In this document: piece after piece, positions 31,410 through 42,458 of the stretch | Layout: every line of letters begins with the position of its first letter | How positions within the stretch are numbered: position 1 is the first letter of the stretch | Assembly: GCA_965208325.1 (NCBI GenBank) | Contig: OZ242326.1 | Location: 960,001-1,024,000, forward strand | Origin: Candidatus Poribacteria bacterium | Lineage (GTDB): Bacteria; Poribacteria; WGA-4E; PCPOR2b | Direction: 5' to 3' | Length of the DNA: 64,000 bases | The notes under the pieces: generated by a model | What the model was told of the DNA's origin: nothing | The model's database searches: none | Seen by the model: the letters and a program-made list of their open reading frames with translations, nothing else | Translations under genes and position numbers: made by a program

Positions 31410-33638
31410 ATGCAACCGTTTATCGAATCGCCGCCTCCTGAGGTGGATGCGAAACTGCAAAGCGCGAAACCTTCGGAAGAACAAGTTCTTATCCAGGTCA
31501 CTGCAGATTTCTCCGATGACCAAGCATACGGGGAAAAGTGGTTGGTCGCAACCAAACTGCGCGTGCTGGTCGTTCCGGCTGACGGCGCCGTTGAAGAAAT
31601 ACGGCTCGACGCAATTCAGGATGTCAAAACCGAAGAGCTGGTCGGCGGCGGCTGCCTAGTCGTGGAACGTAAATCGGGCGCACCCGTCTACTTGCACTAT
31701 TCCAGCTCTTTAATTCCAAAATTCGCCGAGGTGGCGCAAGGAATTGGTCAACTCTCCAAAGGCAAACCGCTTGAACTGCCGACGGAGATGGAACGGACGC
31801 GATGCGATAAGTGCGGACGGCTGCTCCCGGAGAAAGACAGCAAATGCGTAGCCTGCATTAAAAAATGGCACACCTTAATGCGAATCCAGAGCTACGTTAA
31901 CCCTTACCGCGTTCAACTCACGTTTGTTGTGGTAATAACAGTGATTGGCGTGTTGATAAATTTGCTTCCGCCGCTAATTACTGAACGCATCATCGACGAT
32001 GTGCTTATACCGCTGTCAAACTTCAATCTTTTAGTTTGGCTTGTGGCGGGGCTATTGGGCGCCTATCTTTTCAGTTGGCTGTCCGAAATCGGGCACACGG
32101 CGCTTAGCTGCTGGCTAGGTTTCCGCGCGGCTGAGGACATCCGAGCTAAACTCTATCGTTGTTTGCAGTTCCTTCCCATTAGATTTTACGACAAACATAA
32201 AGTGGGCGCACTGATATCTCGCATGACCAACGACGCAGATCGGTTGGAGGATTTTATCGCCTTTGAGGTTCCCTACGTCATTTCCAACGCGCTGTTGTTA
32301 GTGGGTATTTTCTGCTTGCTGTTGTACAAGAACTGGGTGCTTACGCTCTATGTGTTGCTCCCCGTGCCGCCGATTGTTCTGGGGGGAATCTTCATGTGGA
32401 ATCGTTTGACGCGTTTTTGGCGCCTTTGGTCCGCGAGGTGGGGGCGGTTCTCCTCGCACCTGAACGAGTCGATCACGGGAATTCGATTGGTGAAGGCTTT
32501 CGCGCAGGAAGACCGTGAAAGCACTGTGTTTGACCGGCACAACGACGCACTGCGGCAGGTAAACGTTTCGGGCAATCGGGCATGGTTCGTTTTCTACACC
32601 ATCACGAACTTTCTAATGAGTTTCGGCGCCTTCTTTGTCTGGTACTTTGGCGGGAAACAGGTTTTGGGGCAGGAGTTTAAACTCGGAGAATTGACCGCAT
32701 TCATCAGTTTCCTCTGGATGCTTTATCAGCCGCTACGGTGGTTTGGCGACTCCTACAACTTCATGCTCCGCGCTTTTGCCGGCGCCGAGCGAATTTTTGA
32801 GGTTATGGATGCGCCTTCTGAGCCGTTTGATAATCCGAATGCCAGAAACATACCAAAAATTAACGGGCGGATAACCTTCAAAGATGTCACGTTTGGTTAC
32901 GATCCGGGCAAACCCGTCCTCAGAGACATCAATCTCGCGGTCGAACCGGGAGAAATGATAGGCTTAGTGGGGAAATCCGGCGTGGGCAAAAGCACGATGG
33001 TAAATCTGATATGCCGATTCTACGATGTGACTCATGGGACTTTGCAGGTTGATAACGAGGATGTCCGAAATGTCCGTATCGAGGATCTGCGGTCGCAAAT
33101 CGGCATAGTCCTACAGGAGCCATTTCTGTTCAACAGGACAATTGCGGAAAACATCCGGTACGGCAATCCGGAGGCATCATTTGACGAAGTCATGCGCGCC
33201 GCCATAGCTGCAGAAGCGCATGACTTTATCGTTGCTAAACCGGACGGATATGACACGATGGTCGGCGAGCGCGGGAACAAACTCTCCGGCGGCGAAGGGC
33301 AGCGTATCGCTATCGCAAGAGCCATCCTGCATAATCCAAAAATTTTGATACTCGACGAAGCAACGTCATCACTCGACACCGCAACAGAAAAGAAGATTCA
33401 GGCTGCTATTTCTAAGTTAATTGAAGGACGGACGACCTTTGCCATTGCACACCGGCTTTCAACCCTGCGGAACGCCAACCGGCTGGTTGTTCTAGACGAG
33501 GGAAAAATTGAAGAGATAGGCACGCACGCGGAATTGATGGGTCGTAAAGGGCTCTTCTACAATTTAGTCCAGACGCAAAAGGAAACATCGGCAGTCATGG
33601 CGGTCGGCGGCGGGAAAGATGATCCGGGCAGTGAATAG
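31410..33638 (+). CDS. ABC exporter (TMD-NBD) with N-terminal soluble domain and Zn ribbon, paralog 2
   Basis: CDKCGRLLPEKDSKCVAC; GKSGVGKS, LSGGEGQR, ILDE, AHRLS; ATG 31410 aligns with the start of paralog 1. Confidence 0.92.
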   Translation: MQPFIESPPPEVDAKLQSAKPSEEQVLIQVTADFSDDQAYGEKWLVATKLRVLVVPADGAVEEIRLDAIQDVKTEELVGGGCLVVERKSGAPVYLHYSSSLIPKFAEVAQGIGQLSKGKPLELPTEMERTRCDKCGRLLPEKDSKCVACIKKWHTLMRIQSYVNPYRVQLTFVVVITVIGVLINLLPPLITERIIDDVLIPLSNFNLLVWLVAGLLGAYLFSWLSEIGHTALSCWLGFRAAEDIRAKLYRCLQFLPIRFYDKHKVGALISRMTNDADRLEDFIAFEVPYVISNALLLVGIFCLLLYKNWVLTLYVLLPVPPIVLGGIFMWNRLTRFWRLWSARWGRFSSHLNESITGIRLVKAFAQEDRESTVFDRHNDALRQVNVSGNRAWFVFYTITNFLMSFGAFFVWYFGGKQVLGQEFKLGELTAFISFLWMLYQPLRWFGDSYNFMLRAFAGAERIFEVMDAPSEPFDNPNARNIPKINGRITFKDVTFGYDPGKPVLRDINLAVEPGEMIGLVGKSGVGKSTMVNLICRFYDVTHGTLQVDNEDVRNVRIEDLRSQIGIVLQEPFLFNRTIAENIRYGNPEASFDEVMRAAIAAEAHDFIVAKPDGYDTMVGERGNKLSGGEGQRIAIARAILHNPKILILDEATSSLDTATEKKIQAAISKLIEGRTTFAIAHRLSTLRNANRLVVLDEGKIEEIGTHAELMGRKGLFYNLVQTQKETSAVMAVGGGKDDPGSE

Positions 33639-33732
33639 AACTGCGTTCCTTAAAGCGGCATCAATCTTTGTAAACAAAGAAAATTTCACGATGGAATTTA
33701 TGCGATAACTGTTTTTTACTCCGGAGAAAACC

Positions 33733-34293
33733 ATGGATAATACCAAATCTTTAAGTGATGAAGACAAGGCTAAGGTGCAGCAACCAGTTACGCCGATTCA
33801 GACGCCGCCGCCGGAATGCGTCAATCCAAAGGACATACGATTGTTCCGAGACCCCCCGTGGAAACTGCGATTAACCATTGCGGGCGACCGTTCCTACCTC
33901 ATGGTCCGGGTCGTTCGCGCAGCGCCGCTATCTCAACCGTCACGGTATATCTGCTTCCTTGATGAAAAGAATGAGGTAATCTGGACTGTCGAAGACCCAA
34001 GCGTACTGGACGCGGACACTCGCCGTATCCTAGAGGAAGAACTCGACAAAAGGTATATGACGGCGGTCATTGAGGTAATTAACTCGCTCCGCAACGAATT
34101 CGGGGTGTCGTATTGGGACGTACAGACTAACCGAGGTAATCGGGAGTTTGTGGTACGGAATGTGTCCGAAAGCGCACAATGGGTTTCTGCACGCCGGTTA
34201 TTGCTTATTGATGTGGACGGCAACCGATACGAAATCCCGGATATCGACGTGCTCGACAAGCGGAGTTTTGGTCTGATAGACATGGTGATTTAG
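33733..34293 (+). CDS. DUF1854-like protein
   Basis: VRVVRAAPLSQP..YI, ILEEELDKRY, WDVQTNRG, DVDGNRYEI..LD..S pattern; context next to this ABC type. Confidence 0.8.
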   Translation: MDNTKSLSDEDKAKVQQPVTPIQTPPPECVNPKDIRLFRDPPWKLRLTIAGDRSYLMVRVVRAAPLSQPSRYICFLDEKNEVIWTVEDPSVLDADTRRILEEELDKRYMTAVIEVINSLRNEFGVSYWDVQTNRGNREFVVRNVSESAQWVSARRLLLIDVDGNRYEIPDIDVLDKRSFGLIDMVI

Positions 34294-34454
34294 ATGGATA
34301 TAAACTCGATTGTAGGTTCATAGGAAATGCTGCTGCAGCCTCCCGAATCCGCAATTTAACCGGGCTGCTAACTTGGAGTTAGCAAAGGCCATTTTCACCG
34401 ATACAGAGTTATAGTAATTCCCAAACTGAATTGCATAGAAACGTTCTGAATTTA

Positions 34455-34483
34455 TTGCAATAAAAGTCCAGATGTGATAGAAT
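34455..34483 (+). promoter_or_regulatory. sigma70-type promoter for guaB
   Basis: TTGCAA, 17 bp, TAGAAT with extended -10 TG. Confidence 0.6.
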
Positions 34484-34674
34484 ATCTATTTAATATTTTC
34501 TGGCGCCGATGTCATTTATAATCCCGTAATTTGGCGTAAGCAAATGCGCTATCCGTAATGAGGATCGATTGGCAAAGCGTCATGCACTCGTTTCCGATTG
34601 TGTATTTTGGGCGCCGCGGCGATTGACTAAACCCGCTTAGCCCTGCCCACCTAGGTACAAAGGAGGCGATTTCA

Positions 34675-36168
34675 GTGGATATGAAATTTTCGGAGTCGGT
34701 GTCTCCAAAATTTTCCAAAATGGGATTGACGTTTGATGATGTTTCATTAATTCCCGGCGAATCAAACGTACTTCCCAATGAAATTGACACATGCACACGA
34801 TTGACCCGCCATATACGCCTTAACATCCCTATCTGCAGCGCCGCCATGGACACGGTGACGGAAGCGGAACTTGCAATCGCTCTTGCGCGCGAGGGCGGCA
34901 TTGGGATGATCCACTTTAACTGTTCCATTGATGAGCAGGTCAAAGAAGTGGACAAAGTCAAACGATCGGAAAGCGGCATGATTGACGATCCTATCACGTT
35001 AACCCCCGACAAAACGGTTCGCGACGCCTTGGCGGTAGCCGCCCGCTACCGGATTGGCGGTGTTCCGATTGTGACGAAAGAAGGATTCCTCCTTGGCCTT
35101 ATCACGAACAGAGATTTGAAATACGAAACCGATTTAGATTTACCGGTGACTGCCTTGATGACCTCAAGCGACCAGCTCACCACCGCCTCACAGGGGGTAA
35201 CGCTCGAAAAGGCGAAGCAAATCTTACATCAAATTCGCAAGGAAAAATTACCGATTGTGGATGAGAATTTTCGCCTCTGCGGGTTGATTACGATTAAAGA
35301 TATAGACAAAGTTCAGAAATATCCAGCGGCTTGTAAAGATGAATCGGGGAAATTGAGAGTTGGGGCAGCCATCAGTCCGCATTGGGGATTGGATAAAGTC
35401 GGAATGCTGGTTGACGCAGGCGCGGATGTGCTGGATATTGATACAGCGCACGGTCATCATCACAATGTGATTCGTTCGACGCGTAGGATAAAGACGGAAT
35501 TTCCAGGCGTCGAGTTGATAGCCGGGAATGTAGTGACTGCCGACGCGACCAACCAACTGATTGATGCTGGCGCCGATGCGGTAAAAGTTGGCATGGGACC
35601 AGGTTCGATTTGTACGACTCGCGTAGTCTCCGGAATCGGTGTCCCACAGGTAACGGCGGTTTACGACTGCGCACGGGAGGCCGACAAAAACGGTATTCCG
35701 ATAATCGCTGACGGCGGCATCCGATATTCAGGCGATGTTGCGAAGGCAATAGGCGCAGGCGCTAGCTCGGTCATGATAGGCAGCCTTCTCGCCGGAACGG
35801 AGGAGAGCCCTGGCGAAACAGTTATCTATCAAGGGCGAACGTATAAAATCCACAGAGGTATGGGGTCGCTATCTGCCATGAAAGAACGCGGCGGCAGTGA
35901 GAGATACAGCCAAAAGAACCTCAGTCTATCGAATCTCATACCGGAAGGAATCGAAGGACGAGTTCCGTACAAGGGCAAGCTAGATGACTTTGTATATCAA
36001 TTGGTCGGCGGACTGCGTCTAGCAATGGGATATTGCGGTATACCCGACATCGAATCCCTTCGGAAGGAAAGCAAATTCATTCGGGTGACGGACAGCGGCT
36101 ACCGCGAAAGTCATCCACATGACATCGCCATCACGGAAGAGGCGCCCAACTATAGCGTGATGCCCTAA
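34675..36168 (+). CDS. guaB: IMP dehydrogenase
   Basis: [17 protein letters not shown] pair, [17 protein letters not shown] catalytic Cys, ADGGI, EGIEG, ESHPHD. Confidence 0.97.
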   Translation: MDMKFSESVSPKFSKMGLTFDDVSLIPGESNVLPNEIDTCTRLTRHIRLNIPICSAAMDTVTEAELAIALAREGGIGMIHFNCSIDEQVKEVDKVKRSESGMIDDPITLTPDKTVRDALAVAARYRIGGVPIVTKEGFLLGLITNRDLKYETDLDLPVTALMTSSDQLTTASQGVTLEKAKQILHQIRKEKLPIVDENFRLCGLITIKDIDKVQKYPAACKDESGKLRVGAAISPHWGLDKVGMLVDAGADVLDIDTAHGHHHNVIRSTRRIKTEFPGVELIAGNVVTADATNQLIDAGADAVKVGMGPGSICTTRVVSGIGVPQVTAVYDCAREADKNGIPIIADGGIRYSGDVAKAIGAGASSVMIGSLLAGTEESPGETVIYQGRTYKIHRGMGSLSAMKERGGSERYSQKNLSLSNLIPEGIEGRVPYKGKLDDFVYQLVGGLRLAMGYCGIPDIESLRKESKFIRVTDSGYRESHPHDIAITEEAPNYSVMP

Positions 36169-36933
36169 TGACATTCTTTCGGAATAAACAAGCTATCAAC
36201 ACTAACCAATGGTGATGGGTTGAATTTGGAAGTCAATGGAAATACAAAACGCTTGTTCTCTTTCGCCGATAATAAATTGTTTCGTAGGGATTGGGTCCCC
36301 CAACCCTTTTTTCAAAATCAGACACGATTTCGGACTGCTGTAGGTTGTTTGATCAAAATCGACTCTACGTGTATGGTTGGGAGTTCTTTGTACGCGTTGG
36401 TCAATAGGCGAGGTGACCAGATTAACACTATCGTCCTCCCTATTCGGTCGGTTGATCCCCTACGATTACAGGCAACTTCACATAAATGTAAATGTCAACA
36501 CTGCCTAGTGTTATGAAACTTTCGATTGGCGGGAGAAATTCCAAATTCTTGACTACATAAATTTTATCGAGACAGATTTTAGCAGGTCGCTGACAATCTT
36601 TTAAACACGAAAATTCCACTATTAGAACCAAACAACACCCTGTGATTCTGGCAGGGTTCCTCCCCTTGCCCCCATCGGGAACCGAACCTTCCTATTTCTG
36701 GATGCAAAACAACTACATGCCGCGGCTAGCAAATTTATCCGAATGCCCCGTTATTCAATTCGCTCTAACCGCCGTGGACGCCACTCTGACCATTGATGCC
36801 AAATGCTTAAATTTACATGACAACTGTTGATGCAACAACTGACTAACGCGTCAACAAATCAGAAATGGCGCGTTTCTCAGCGTCATTTACAAAATTACTA
36901 ATACCAAAGATTTCAATCGCGTAGGATTATACT

Positions 36934-39813
36934 GTGGGGGACAAATTCCAACAAACGGAACAAACTCAGGGAATTTCGTTAAATTTTAATTCGGATTCCC
37001 TTCTTAATTTAACCGACAAAATTAAATCCAGCATTGAAGGACGCATGGATTGGGGAGATACTTTTGGCGTAGGGCTTAGCACCAAAAACAGCAAATACTT
37101 GCTGGTCTGGACCCCGAAAAAAACCTCAGAAGGGAAAATTCTGCCAGGATTTGATTCAGAGGACGGCAAACTTACACTTAAAATGAAGCCTCGGCCGGGA
37201 GCGTGGGTTTCCTGGATTGATGAAGCAAAAGTAGCCGAGGAGGCGGTCGATGACTACGACCGTGTTCGAAAAAGTGTACAGGAGCTCGAGCGGAATACAA
37301 GGCAGATGATTGATTTTGCTGATGGTGTTCTCAAAGACATTACTGTCTTGCATCTCGGCAAACCGCTCACGTTATCTGAACTAGCGCTTGAGATTTTGGA
37401 AGTCGAATTGACAATACCGACGACCATAAAAATTGGGGGTTATGTTTTATCGCAATCTCAGTCGCCAGACGCCGCTGCAGCCAATGTGATTATTCCCGAG
37501 CAGACGAACATCCATCGGATTCATATGAATGAGGATGCGTTGTTCGAGGCGATTGGAACGGATGGATATGACCAAGTTCTCGTGGTTTACCGCACGCATA
37601 TCAAGCGCTACCCAGACCTTCTTGACATCAACTACTGTTTAGCGCTAAATGAATATTTTGATGGTGGTTCGCCCCCGGAAGATATTGTATCAAATATTGA
37701 CCGTTCCAACTTAAAACAAAGTGAAAAGGAAATAGAGACCTTTCCTACGGCTGCCATCTACGATCCCTTGCAGCCTGATTCAGTTCAATTTGTTGCGATG
37801 ACTTTCAATGCTTCTTCCGAACAGATTCGCGAAACGATTACACAATGTTCGACGGAGATTGACAGTTATGTGTCGAAAGCCAATCAGCGGGCTTCCGAAG
37901 TCATGGCGAATTTTCAAGGACGAATTGATAGCCGAGTTCAAGCCCTTAGCCTTCGATCGAATCAGCGGGTCTACGAAAAAATCTGGGATGAGATTGCCAA
38001 CCACGAATTGCAGAATCGTATGGTTGAGTTGATAGATTTTTTCGGCGACTACTTTGGCGAAAAATTTGAACCGGATTTAGCTGCTGCCAAAAAAGATCAA
38101 CTGAAAACGAGCATTGATTCCATGATTCAGGATTGGCAACTTCAGGATTTAGGGCAAACTACGCTCAAGCAACTCATACTTACGAGCTACAAATTGGCAA
38201 ATCATGTGCTTGACCGCGCTACCGCAATGTTCTACGATCTGGCATTCGAAAAACACTTCATCCAACCGGGAAAGATTAAGCCCGTTAAATTACAGGTGCT
38301 AGAGGATGGCAAAGCACTAAACCGAGTACACCTGCCTGAATGGACAAAAAAAACAGTGCGGGATCGACTGCATCTGTTTGCCCTGAAACCGTCCGTCCAC
38401 CCGAACCAGATTGAAAGACTCCGAGCGTTATGGTTGGAATTTTTGGAGATAGCCAACTTTGCCAGCCGTAACAACCAGCAGTTCGATATCATCATGGAAC
38501 CATTGGTCGATATCCTGCTCTCACCAAAACCCTCCCGCAAGACTTCGGCAGATCGGCGAAGGTCGAGGGCGGTTCCTGCGCGGAGGAAGCCGGGTTTTGA
38601 GGGATTTGAGATTTCTGACGAGGAACTTTCGCGTGTACTTCGCCGCGTCAGAAGTAACTCGCAGCTAATTGAACGCTGGATTTTGAGTATGCCCGAACCA
38701 AATTACAAAAACCAACAACACCATGCAACGTTGTGGATGATTTTGACTGACGGTATTGTTCGAGAAATGCTTTACAGGAATTTTCAACCGACGTGCGATA
38801 TCAATTTGAGCCTTCCGATAGCGACAAAAAGGTTGGTCGATATTGTTCTTGGCGGACAAGTCGTCGTTTGCGATGAAAAAGATTTGAAACCGCTAAAACG
38901 CAATTTAGACCGCGCGCTATCCGAAAGAACGGGGCACGGACTACCGGAAATATCAACGCCTTCCACCCTTAAAATTCATAGTGACACATTGCTCTGCTTG
39001 CTGTACGAAAAACTCGCAGCGTACCGGGGACAATTGGAAAAACGGTTAGCTCAAACCACAAACGCAAAATCCGCGAGCAAAACAGCTAAATCGAAAAAAG
39101 GTCGAAAGAAGCAGCAATCTAAAACCGACACTGACACAGTAAATACCATCGAATCGGAAATTTCTAAAACAACCGAAATCATTACATTTCTGACCCCATA
39201 TACCGAGGCGGCGCAATCGTTGCTTCAAAACGCTGTTAACCCCAGATCACAGCATTTGAATCAGATTCGTCAACATCAAGTGCTGAATTTTGATTTGCAA
39301 GCGTTGCCGCCCATCGCGGAATCCTGGTTAGAAGACGTTAAGTCACTTGAAGATTATACAAACCTGCGCGCATTTCTGCTTGAAAATCAACTCCCCATTT
39401 CGACAACTGGGCGATTGTTAATGAATTTCAGGAGGAGTTTTGAAAACGCCCCGCCTATGGCGGCAGATTCTGTAGATGATTTTGATGTTGCATTAAATCT
39501 CATTCAAGAACTTAAATCGTTACAAGACACAGGATACGCCGGCGAAACATTCAGAAAGTTCAAGAATTACATCGCCGAGAAGTTATGGCGATGGGAATTA
39601 ACGCAAATTACAGGAGATAAATTGGCGGCGTTAATCAAGGAGAAAGTCTTGGTGTCAGTTATCTGTTACGAGAAGGACGTTGAAACACTACTAGAATATG
39701 CAGAACGGTACGAACAACTAGTAGAGGCGAAGTTTAACGACAAATTCAAGATGCATGAACAAGCGAAAATGCTAGAAGAAAAATTCATCGCGCTCGCTAA
39801 ATCGATTTTGTGA
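36934..39813 (+). CDS. Large hypothetical, mostly helical cytoplasmic protein
   Basis: 959-codon ORF, no recognised motif, no signal or TM segment; start codon uncertain. Confidence 0.8.
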   Translation: MGDKFQQTEQTQGISLNFNSDSLLNLTDKIKSSIEGRMDWGDTFGVGLSTKNSKYLLVWTPKKTSEGKILPGFDSEDGKLTLKMKPRPGAWVSWIDEAKVAEEAVDDYDRVRKSVQELERNTRQMIDFADGVLKDITVLHLGKPLTLSELALEILEVELTIPTTIKIGGYVLSQSQSPDAAAANVIIPEQTNIHRIHMNEDALFEAIGTDGYDQVLVVYRTHIKRYPDLLDINYCLALNEYFDGGSPPEDIVSNIDRSNLKQSEKEIETFPTAAIYDPLQPDSVQFVAMTFNASSEQIRETITQCSTEIDSYVSKANQRASEVMANFQGRIDSRVQALSLRSNQRVYEKIWDEIANHELQNRMVELIDFFGDYFGEKFEPDLAAAKKDQLKTSIDSMIQDWQLQDLGQTTLKQLILTSYKLANHVLDRATAMFYDLAFEKHFIQPGKIKPVKLQVLEDGKALNRVHLPEWTKKTVRDRLHLFALKPSVHPNQIERLRALWLEFLEIANFASRNNQQFDIIMEPLVDILLSPKPSRKTSADRRRSRAVPARRKPGFEGFEISDEELSRVLRRVRSNSQLIERWILSMPEPNYKNQQHHATLWMILTDGIVREMLYRNFQPTCDINLSLPIATKRLVDIVLGGQVVVCDEKDLKPLKRNLDRALSERTGHGLPEISTPSTLKIHSDTLLCLLYEKLAAYRGQLEKRLAQTTNAKSASKTAKSKKGRKKQQSKTDTDTVNTIESEISKTTEIITFLTPYTEAAQSLLQNAVNPRSQHLNQIRQHQVLNFDLQALPPIAESWLEDVKSLEDYTNLRAFLLENQLPISTTGRLLMNFRRSFENAPPMAADSVDDFDVALNLIQELKSLQDTGYAGETFRKFKNYIAEKLWRWELTQITGDKLAALIKEKVLVSVICYEKDVETLLEYAERYEQLVEAKFNDKFKMHEQAKMLEEKFIALAKSIL

Positions 39814-39826
39814 ATCAAACATTTAG

Positions 39827-40714
39827 ATGAAGGTTAGCATTATTGGGCAAGGCGATAATTTACTCCCTGTAACCTCGGCAATCTGTCGACTTGGCCTTGC
39901 GACTGAGGTTATGCTGATGGACGGGGATCAACGGGTGTCTTTAGCGGTTATTCAAGACTTTCGCGCGGCAGCCGCCAGCGTTGGATCTGACACTAAAATA
40001 CTTACGGCGAGCACCCATGCAGCGCTCGTAGGCTCCGAAATTGTCATCCTGCTGCCATCATTGTCTCGATTGGGTTGGACAAATGCTCAACGAAGTGCAA
40101 ATGCCGCCCTCGTTCGCCATTTTGCTCAGGGTATCAATCAACACGCCCCTGCAGCCAGAATAGTGGTTGCCATACCGCCAGCAGTTGCTATGGCTTATGT
40201 CATGTATCGAGAAATTGGCGCAGAGCCGAGCCAGGTGATTGGTGTTTGCGGCAAAATAGTGGATGCCAATCTGAATGGGCGGATTGCCGATAAACTTGGC
40301 GTCTCCGTCCGCGACATTACGGCGTTAGCAATTGGCGACGACCACACCGTTATCCCGCTTACCCAATATTGTTGTGTGAACGGAATTCCTGTAGATCAAC
40401 TTTTAAACACGGGACAGATTCGCGAGGTTACCGAAGTTGTAAATGATGGGCGCAATCAGGCACCGGTTATTCACCCATACAACCTGTCTTCGTGGCTTGC
40501 AAAAATTGTGACGGCGATTGCTGTCGATAAGAAAAGGATTTTGACGGTAAGTTCGTTGATTAAAGTAGGCGCATCGGAGGTTTACCTCAATGTTCCGACA
40601 AAAATTGGAAGGCGCGGCGCTGAGGAAACTGTTCAACTAAACTTAACAGAATCCCAACGGGAACGGTTCGCAAAATTAGTTGCGCGAAGCATATCAGAAC
40701 AGCAACGCTTCTAG
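39827..40714 (+). CDS. Degenerate malate/lactate dehydrogenase-fold protein
   Basis: MKVSIIG, SEIVIL, NAALV, LGVSVRDITA, VNGIPV, DKKRIL, VPTKIGRRG align with MDH/LDH but the catalytic motifs are altered. Confidence 0.75.
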   Translation: MKVSIIGQGDNLLPVTSAICRLGLATEVMLMDGDQRVSLAVIQDFRAAAASVGSDTKILTASTHAALVGSEIVILLPSLSRLGWTNAQRSANAALVRHFAQGINQHAPAARIVVAIPPAVAMAYVMYREIGAEPSQVIGVCGKIVDANLNGRIADKLGVSVRDITALAIGDDHTVIPLTQYCCVNGIPVDQLLNTGQIREVTEVVNDGRNQAPVIHPYNLSSWLAKIVTAIAVDKKRILTVSSLIKVGASEVYLNVPTKIGRRGAEETVQLNLTESQRERFAKLVARSISEQQRF

Positions 40715-40786
40715 GAGAAACTGAGTTTACCACGCCATTGGGAAGCGGCGGTGAAATTGAGTTTTTCCGTATGAAACGGACGATTC

Positions 40787-41902
40787 ATGAGAGAAATACA
40801 TCGAAAAATTCCTGAATTGATTAAAGCAGAAGAAATTGGCGCTTACTGTACAGTTGTGGAATCGAAAGGCTCTACGCCGCAAAAGCCCGGCTCGAAGCTG
40901 CTAATTTTGCCTGATTTACAGAATATCGGAACGCTGGGCGGCGGTTGTGTAGAAGCCGAAGCGCGGCGGCAGGCGATTGGGTTGATGCAAGGCGGCATCC
41001 CGCGTCTGCTAGATTTCCGGCTAGACAGCGACTATGGTTGGGACGACGGGCTGATTTGCGGCGGGAACATGAAAATTTTCATTGATTTGCCCCAGAGTAA
41101 CGATGATGCTTTCATGTTTACGCGTTTGGAAGATTTAATTGGCGAGAAAGTTCCCCATGTTTTCGCTACGGTTGTGAAGAGTGAGGTTAACGATATAAAA
41201 GCCGGTATGAAAATGATTGCCGCATCCAATGGCGATTGCATCGGCTCTTTGGGAGACTCCACTCTGGAATCCGCTATGCAACGTGAATCAGCGGAAGTGC
41301 TCGCGGAAAACTCGCCGCGAATTTTTCGCTGGAATTCAGGTGATGTCTGGGTTTTCATGGATCCGGTGCAACCCCGCCCAACACTGCTCATCGCCGGAGC
41401 CGGGCATGTCGGGCAAGCGCTGTGCCATCTCGGGGACTGGCTCGACTTTGATATTGTAATCGTTGATGACCGCCCGGATTTTGCGTCGAAGGAACGCTTG
41501 CCTGAAGCCGACCAGATTGTAATCGGCGATATCGCGGACGAATTGCGGAAATTCCCTATTGATAATATGACCTACGCCGTAATTGTCACCCGCGGGCATC
41601 GGCACGACGAGGAGGCGCTTTACAGCGTGGTGGAGTCCGACGCCTGTTATGTTGGATTAATTGGCAGCCGTAGGAAGATAAAACTGATTTACGATGATTT
41701 GCTTGCGCTCGGCGTCTCCAAAGAGAGGTTGGCTCGTGTCTACGCCCCGATTGGATTGGATATCAATTCCAAGACGGTGCCAGAGATTGCCGTGAGTATT
41801 GCGGCTCAATTGATTCAAATTCGGAACAATATCAGAAAAGATGTTCGCTTCGATTCACAACCGGCACGTATGCCCACCGTTAAAGTAAGCGATAGCACCT
41901 AA
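40787..41902 (+). CDS. xdhC: XdhC/CoxI family molybdoenzyme maturation factor
   Basis: GSTPQKPG, GTLGGGCVE, LICGG, GAGHVG, TRGHRHD, GLIGSRRK, APIGLDI. Confidence 0.9.
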   Translation: MREIHRKIPELIKAEEIGAYCTVVESKGSTPQKPGSKLLILPDLQNIGTLGGGCVEAEARRQAIGLMQGGIPRLLDFRLDSDYGWDDGLICGGNMKIFIDLPQSNDDAFMFTRLEDLIGEKVPHVFATVVKSEVNDIKAGMKMIAASNGDCIGSLGDSTLESAMQRESAEVLAENSPRIFRWNSGDVWVFMDPVQPRPTLLIAGAGHVGQALCHLGDWLDFDIVIVDDRPDFASKERLPEADQIVIGDIADELRKFPIDNMTYAVIVTRGHRHDEEALYSVVESDACYVGLIGSRRKIKLIYDDLLALGVSKERLARVYAPIGLDINSKTVPEIAVSIAAQLIQIRNNIRKDVRFDSQPARMPTVKVSDST

Positions 41903-41999
41903 AAATGCAGCGCTGTTAGGTGAGGCGCCGCTAGTTTTAAGTCAAAAAATCCTAATCGCACTTTAAATAGGAATATACCTGAGTTTCGGCACCAGAATT

Positions 42000-42341
42000 A
42001 TGCTGACTGTTCAATTAGATTCCGACAAAACCCATACAAAGAACGAAGTCATCGAAATCGTAATGCAATCCCTGAATTTCGTTAGGGAACAATCTACTCA
42101 AAAAACCCTTCAGTATTCTTCCTCCGATGTTTATTGGGTTTTGAAGAACCTGCTCAATTATATAAATAGGCGAGTAGATGGAGAATTTGTCCTGAAACGC
42201 CTCAAAAAGGGTGCTTGGGGAATCGAATATACTGATGCAAGCATTGCGAAGCGCAAAGCAGATGAACGCCACAAAAAAGAGCTCCGCAGAACTGCCGACT
42301 ACATTCAGCAGATGACCAGCGACCGCCCGTCTCGGGGGTGA
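42000..42341 (+). CDS. Hypothetical protein
   Basis: 113-aa ORF with protein-like composition filling the gap; no motif recognised. Confidence 0.55.
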   Translation: MLTVQLDSDKTHTKNEVIEIVMQSLNFVREQSTQKTLQYSSSDVYWVLKNLLNYINRRVDGEFVLKRLKKGAWGIEYTDASIAKRKADERHKKELRRTADYIQQMTSDRPSRG

Positions 42342-42458
42342 CACGCCGGGAAGCCGTTGTTGGATTCCTTCATTGACGGTTCTGGAAGGGTATACAATTG
42401 ATGAGCGTAGCAAAAATTACCATTCCCGGATCATCGGGTTGGCTTCCATCACACAATA

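Noticed and set aside
36169..36933. ORFs or RNA in the guaB downstream gap
   Set aside because: Only weak ORFs and one REP-like GTAG palindrome near 36285; nothing supportable
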